Origin: Oopsacas minuta
Taxonomy: Eukaryota; Animalia; Porifera
NCBI GenBank assembly: GCA_024704765.1
Contig: JAKMXF010000359.1
Coordinates: 7,381-71,380 of the forward strand
DNA: 64,000 nt
Direction: 5' to 3'
Part shown: positions 62,974-64,000 of the stretch, piece by piece
How the letters are laid out: every line of letters begins with the position of its first letter
Position numbering within the stretch: position 1 is the stretch's first letter
Translations under genes and position numbers: made by a program
The notes under the pieces: model-generated
What the model saw: the letters and a program-made list of their open reading frames with translations, nothing else
Database searches by the model: none
Told to the model about the DNA's origin: nothing

Positions 62974-64000
62974 TAAATTTATCCCTAAGTTATCATCTGA
63001 TCTAAAGAGGGTCATAAAATGGGCACAAAACCGAAAATACTTGGCTATGTGACCATTTTATGACAGGGGAGGAGGAAACTTTGCTCGGGTAGAGCTTCGG
63101 TCCTGGCTACGCCTATGCATAAAATATGATGTCACCATTGTTGAAAATCTGTGACAAAGCTTATTGGATTCAGCGTGCTTCAAACTATAGATTTCAACTA
63201 AGAAACAAAATGATCATGAAAATCCCTGCAAGTCATTATTTCAACATCAGGCCCTCTACTATATATCCACACATAACCTGAACTAAAAACAAAGATAAGT
63301 TGGAGAATTAACCACTGCGGAATATTTTTCGACAAATCCTGAAAATGCCTTCCGATAAGCAGACTGGTGTCCTATTATCATCACTATTCGTTCATTCATA
63401 ACTATTGAGTTATAACAAAGGACTTTTGATACATGCGAATACTGTTGCCAGGAAAATTCGTCAAACATGCTTCAATTAATGTTAACTACCTTTGAGGCAC
63501 ATAGGGGTACCGTGTCACATCGATTCAGAACCACTGGTCAAGTGACATTCCATGTTAATAAATCAATAATATGTTCAGGGTTTTTGGGCAAAAGGCTATA
63601 GCAGTACGCCGCCCCATTTTGGCAAATTAACAGCTAGGTATATTTCAAATAAGGCTTGGTAAAGGTCTTACATAATAAGGTCAGTTGAGGACAGGTCTGA
63701 AGATTAATCAGGTCCATTTCAGGTCAATTCCAGGTCATTTTTTGGAATGGGGATTCCATACACTTAGGGATGGATGGATATACGTACTTCCAGTTTTACT
63801 TAGCACTTATTATGACGAGATACTATTCCATTGAAGATACAGTCTACGCCGCTTAATCGAGTCACTTTGGTTCCAGAGCATTTTGCCCGGATTAAGCGGA
63901 GAACCCAATTAACCGAAAATGTACAATATATAGATGGGTAAATGTCTAAAATTATGGCAAAGGAATCCCTACAGTGGTAGTACTATGGTCTAATCTAGTA

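Noticed and set aside
1-64000. tRNA, rRNA or other structured RNA genes
   Set aside because: None recognised by eye; a covariance-model scan would be needed to exclude them.

Overview
AT-rich animal (invertebrate-type) genomic DNA with GT-AG introns; the species cannot be identified from the sequence. Only two host genes are supported: DDRGK1/UFBP1 (exons 3067-3382 and 22737-23004, joined in frame across a 19,354-bp transposon-filled intron) and an intronless tetraspanin (30782-31669). Most of the remaining recognisable sequence is transposon-derived: Tigger/pogo, mariner DD34D, maT DD37D, Tc1, four hAT types, Chapaev, MULE, P-element, Merlin, Ginger-like, Gypsy, a decayed LINE, MITEs and foldbacks. 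The most interesting system is a set of Transib/RAG1-like elements. Element A (47072-50433) is complete, with CACAGTG ends and a 5-bp TSD. Its roughly 723-aa transposase is broken only by a (TG)6 slip and appears to combine a Transib catalytic core with a RAG1 NBD-like N-terminus and a RAG1L-like Cys/His tail, with no RAG2-like gene. Three subfamilies share a 3' end architecture (CACAGTR-N5-AAATRGS plus TGACGTCA about 145-148 bp inside). Two decayed copies form a 3.15-kb near-perfect inverted repeat inside the DDRGK1 intron. All protein family calls are by-eye motif recognition; no database search was run.
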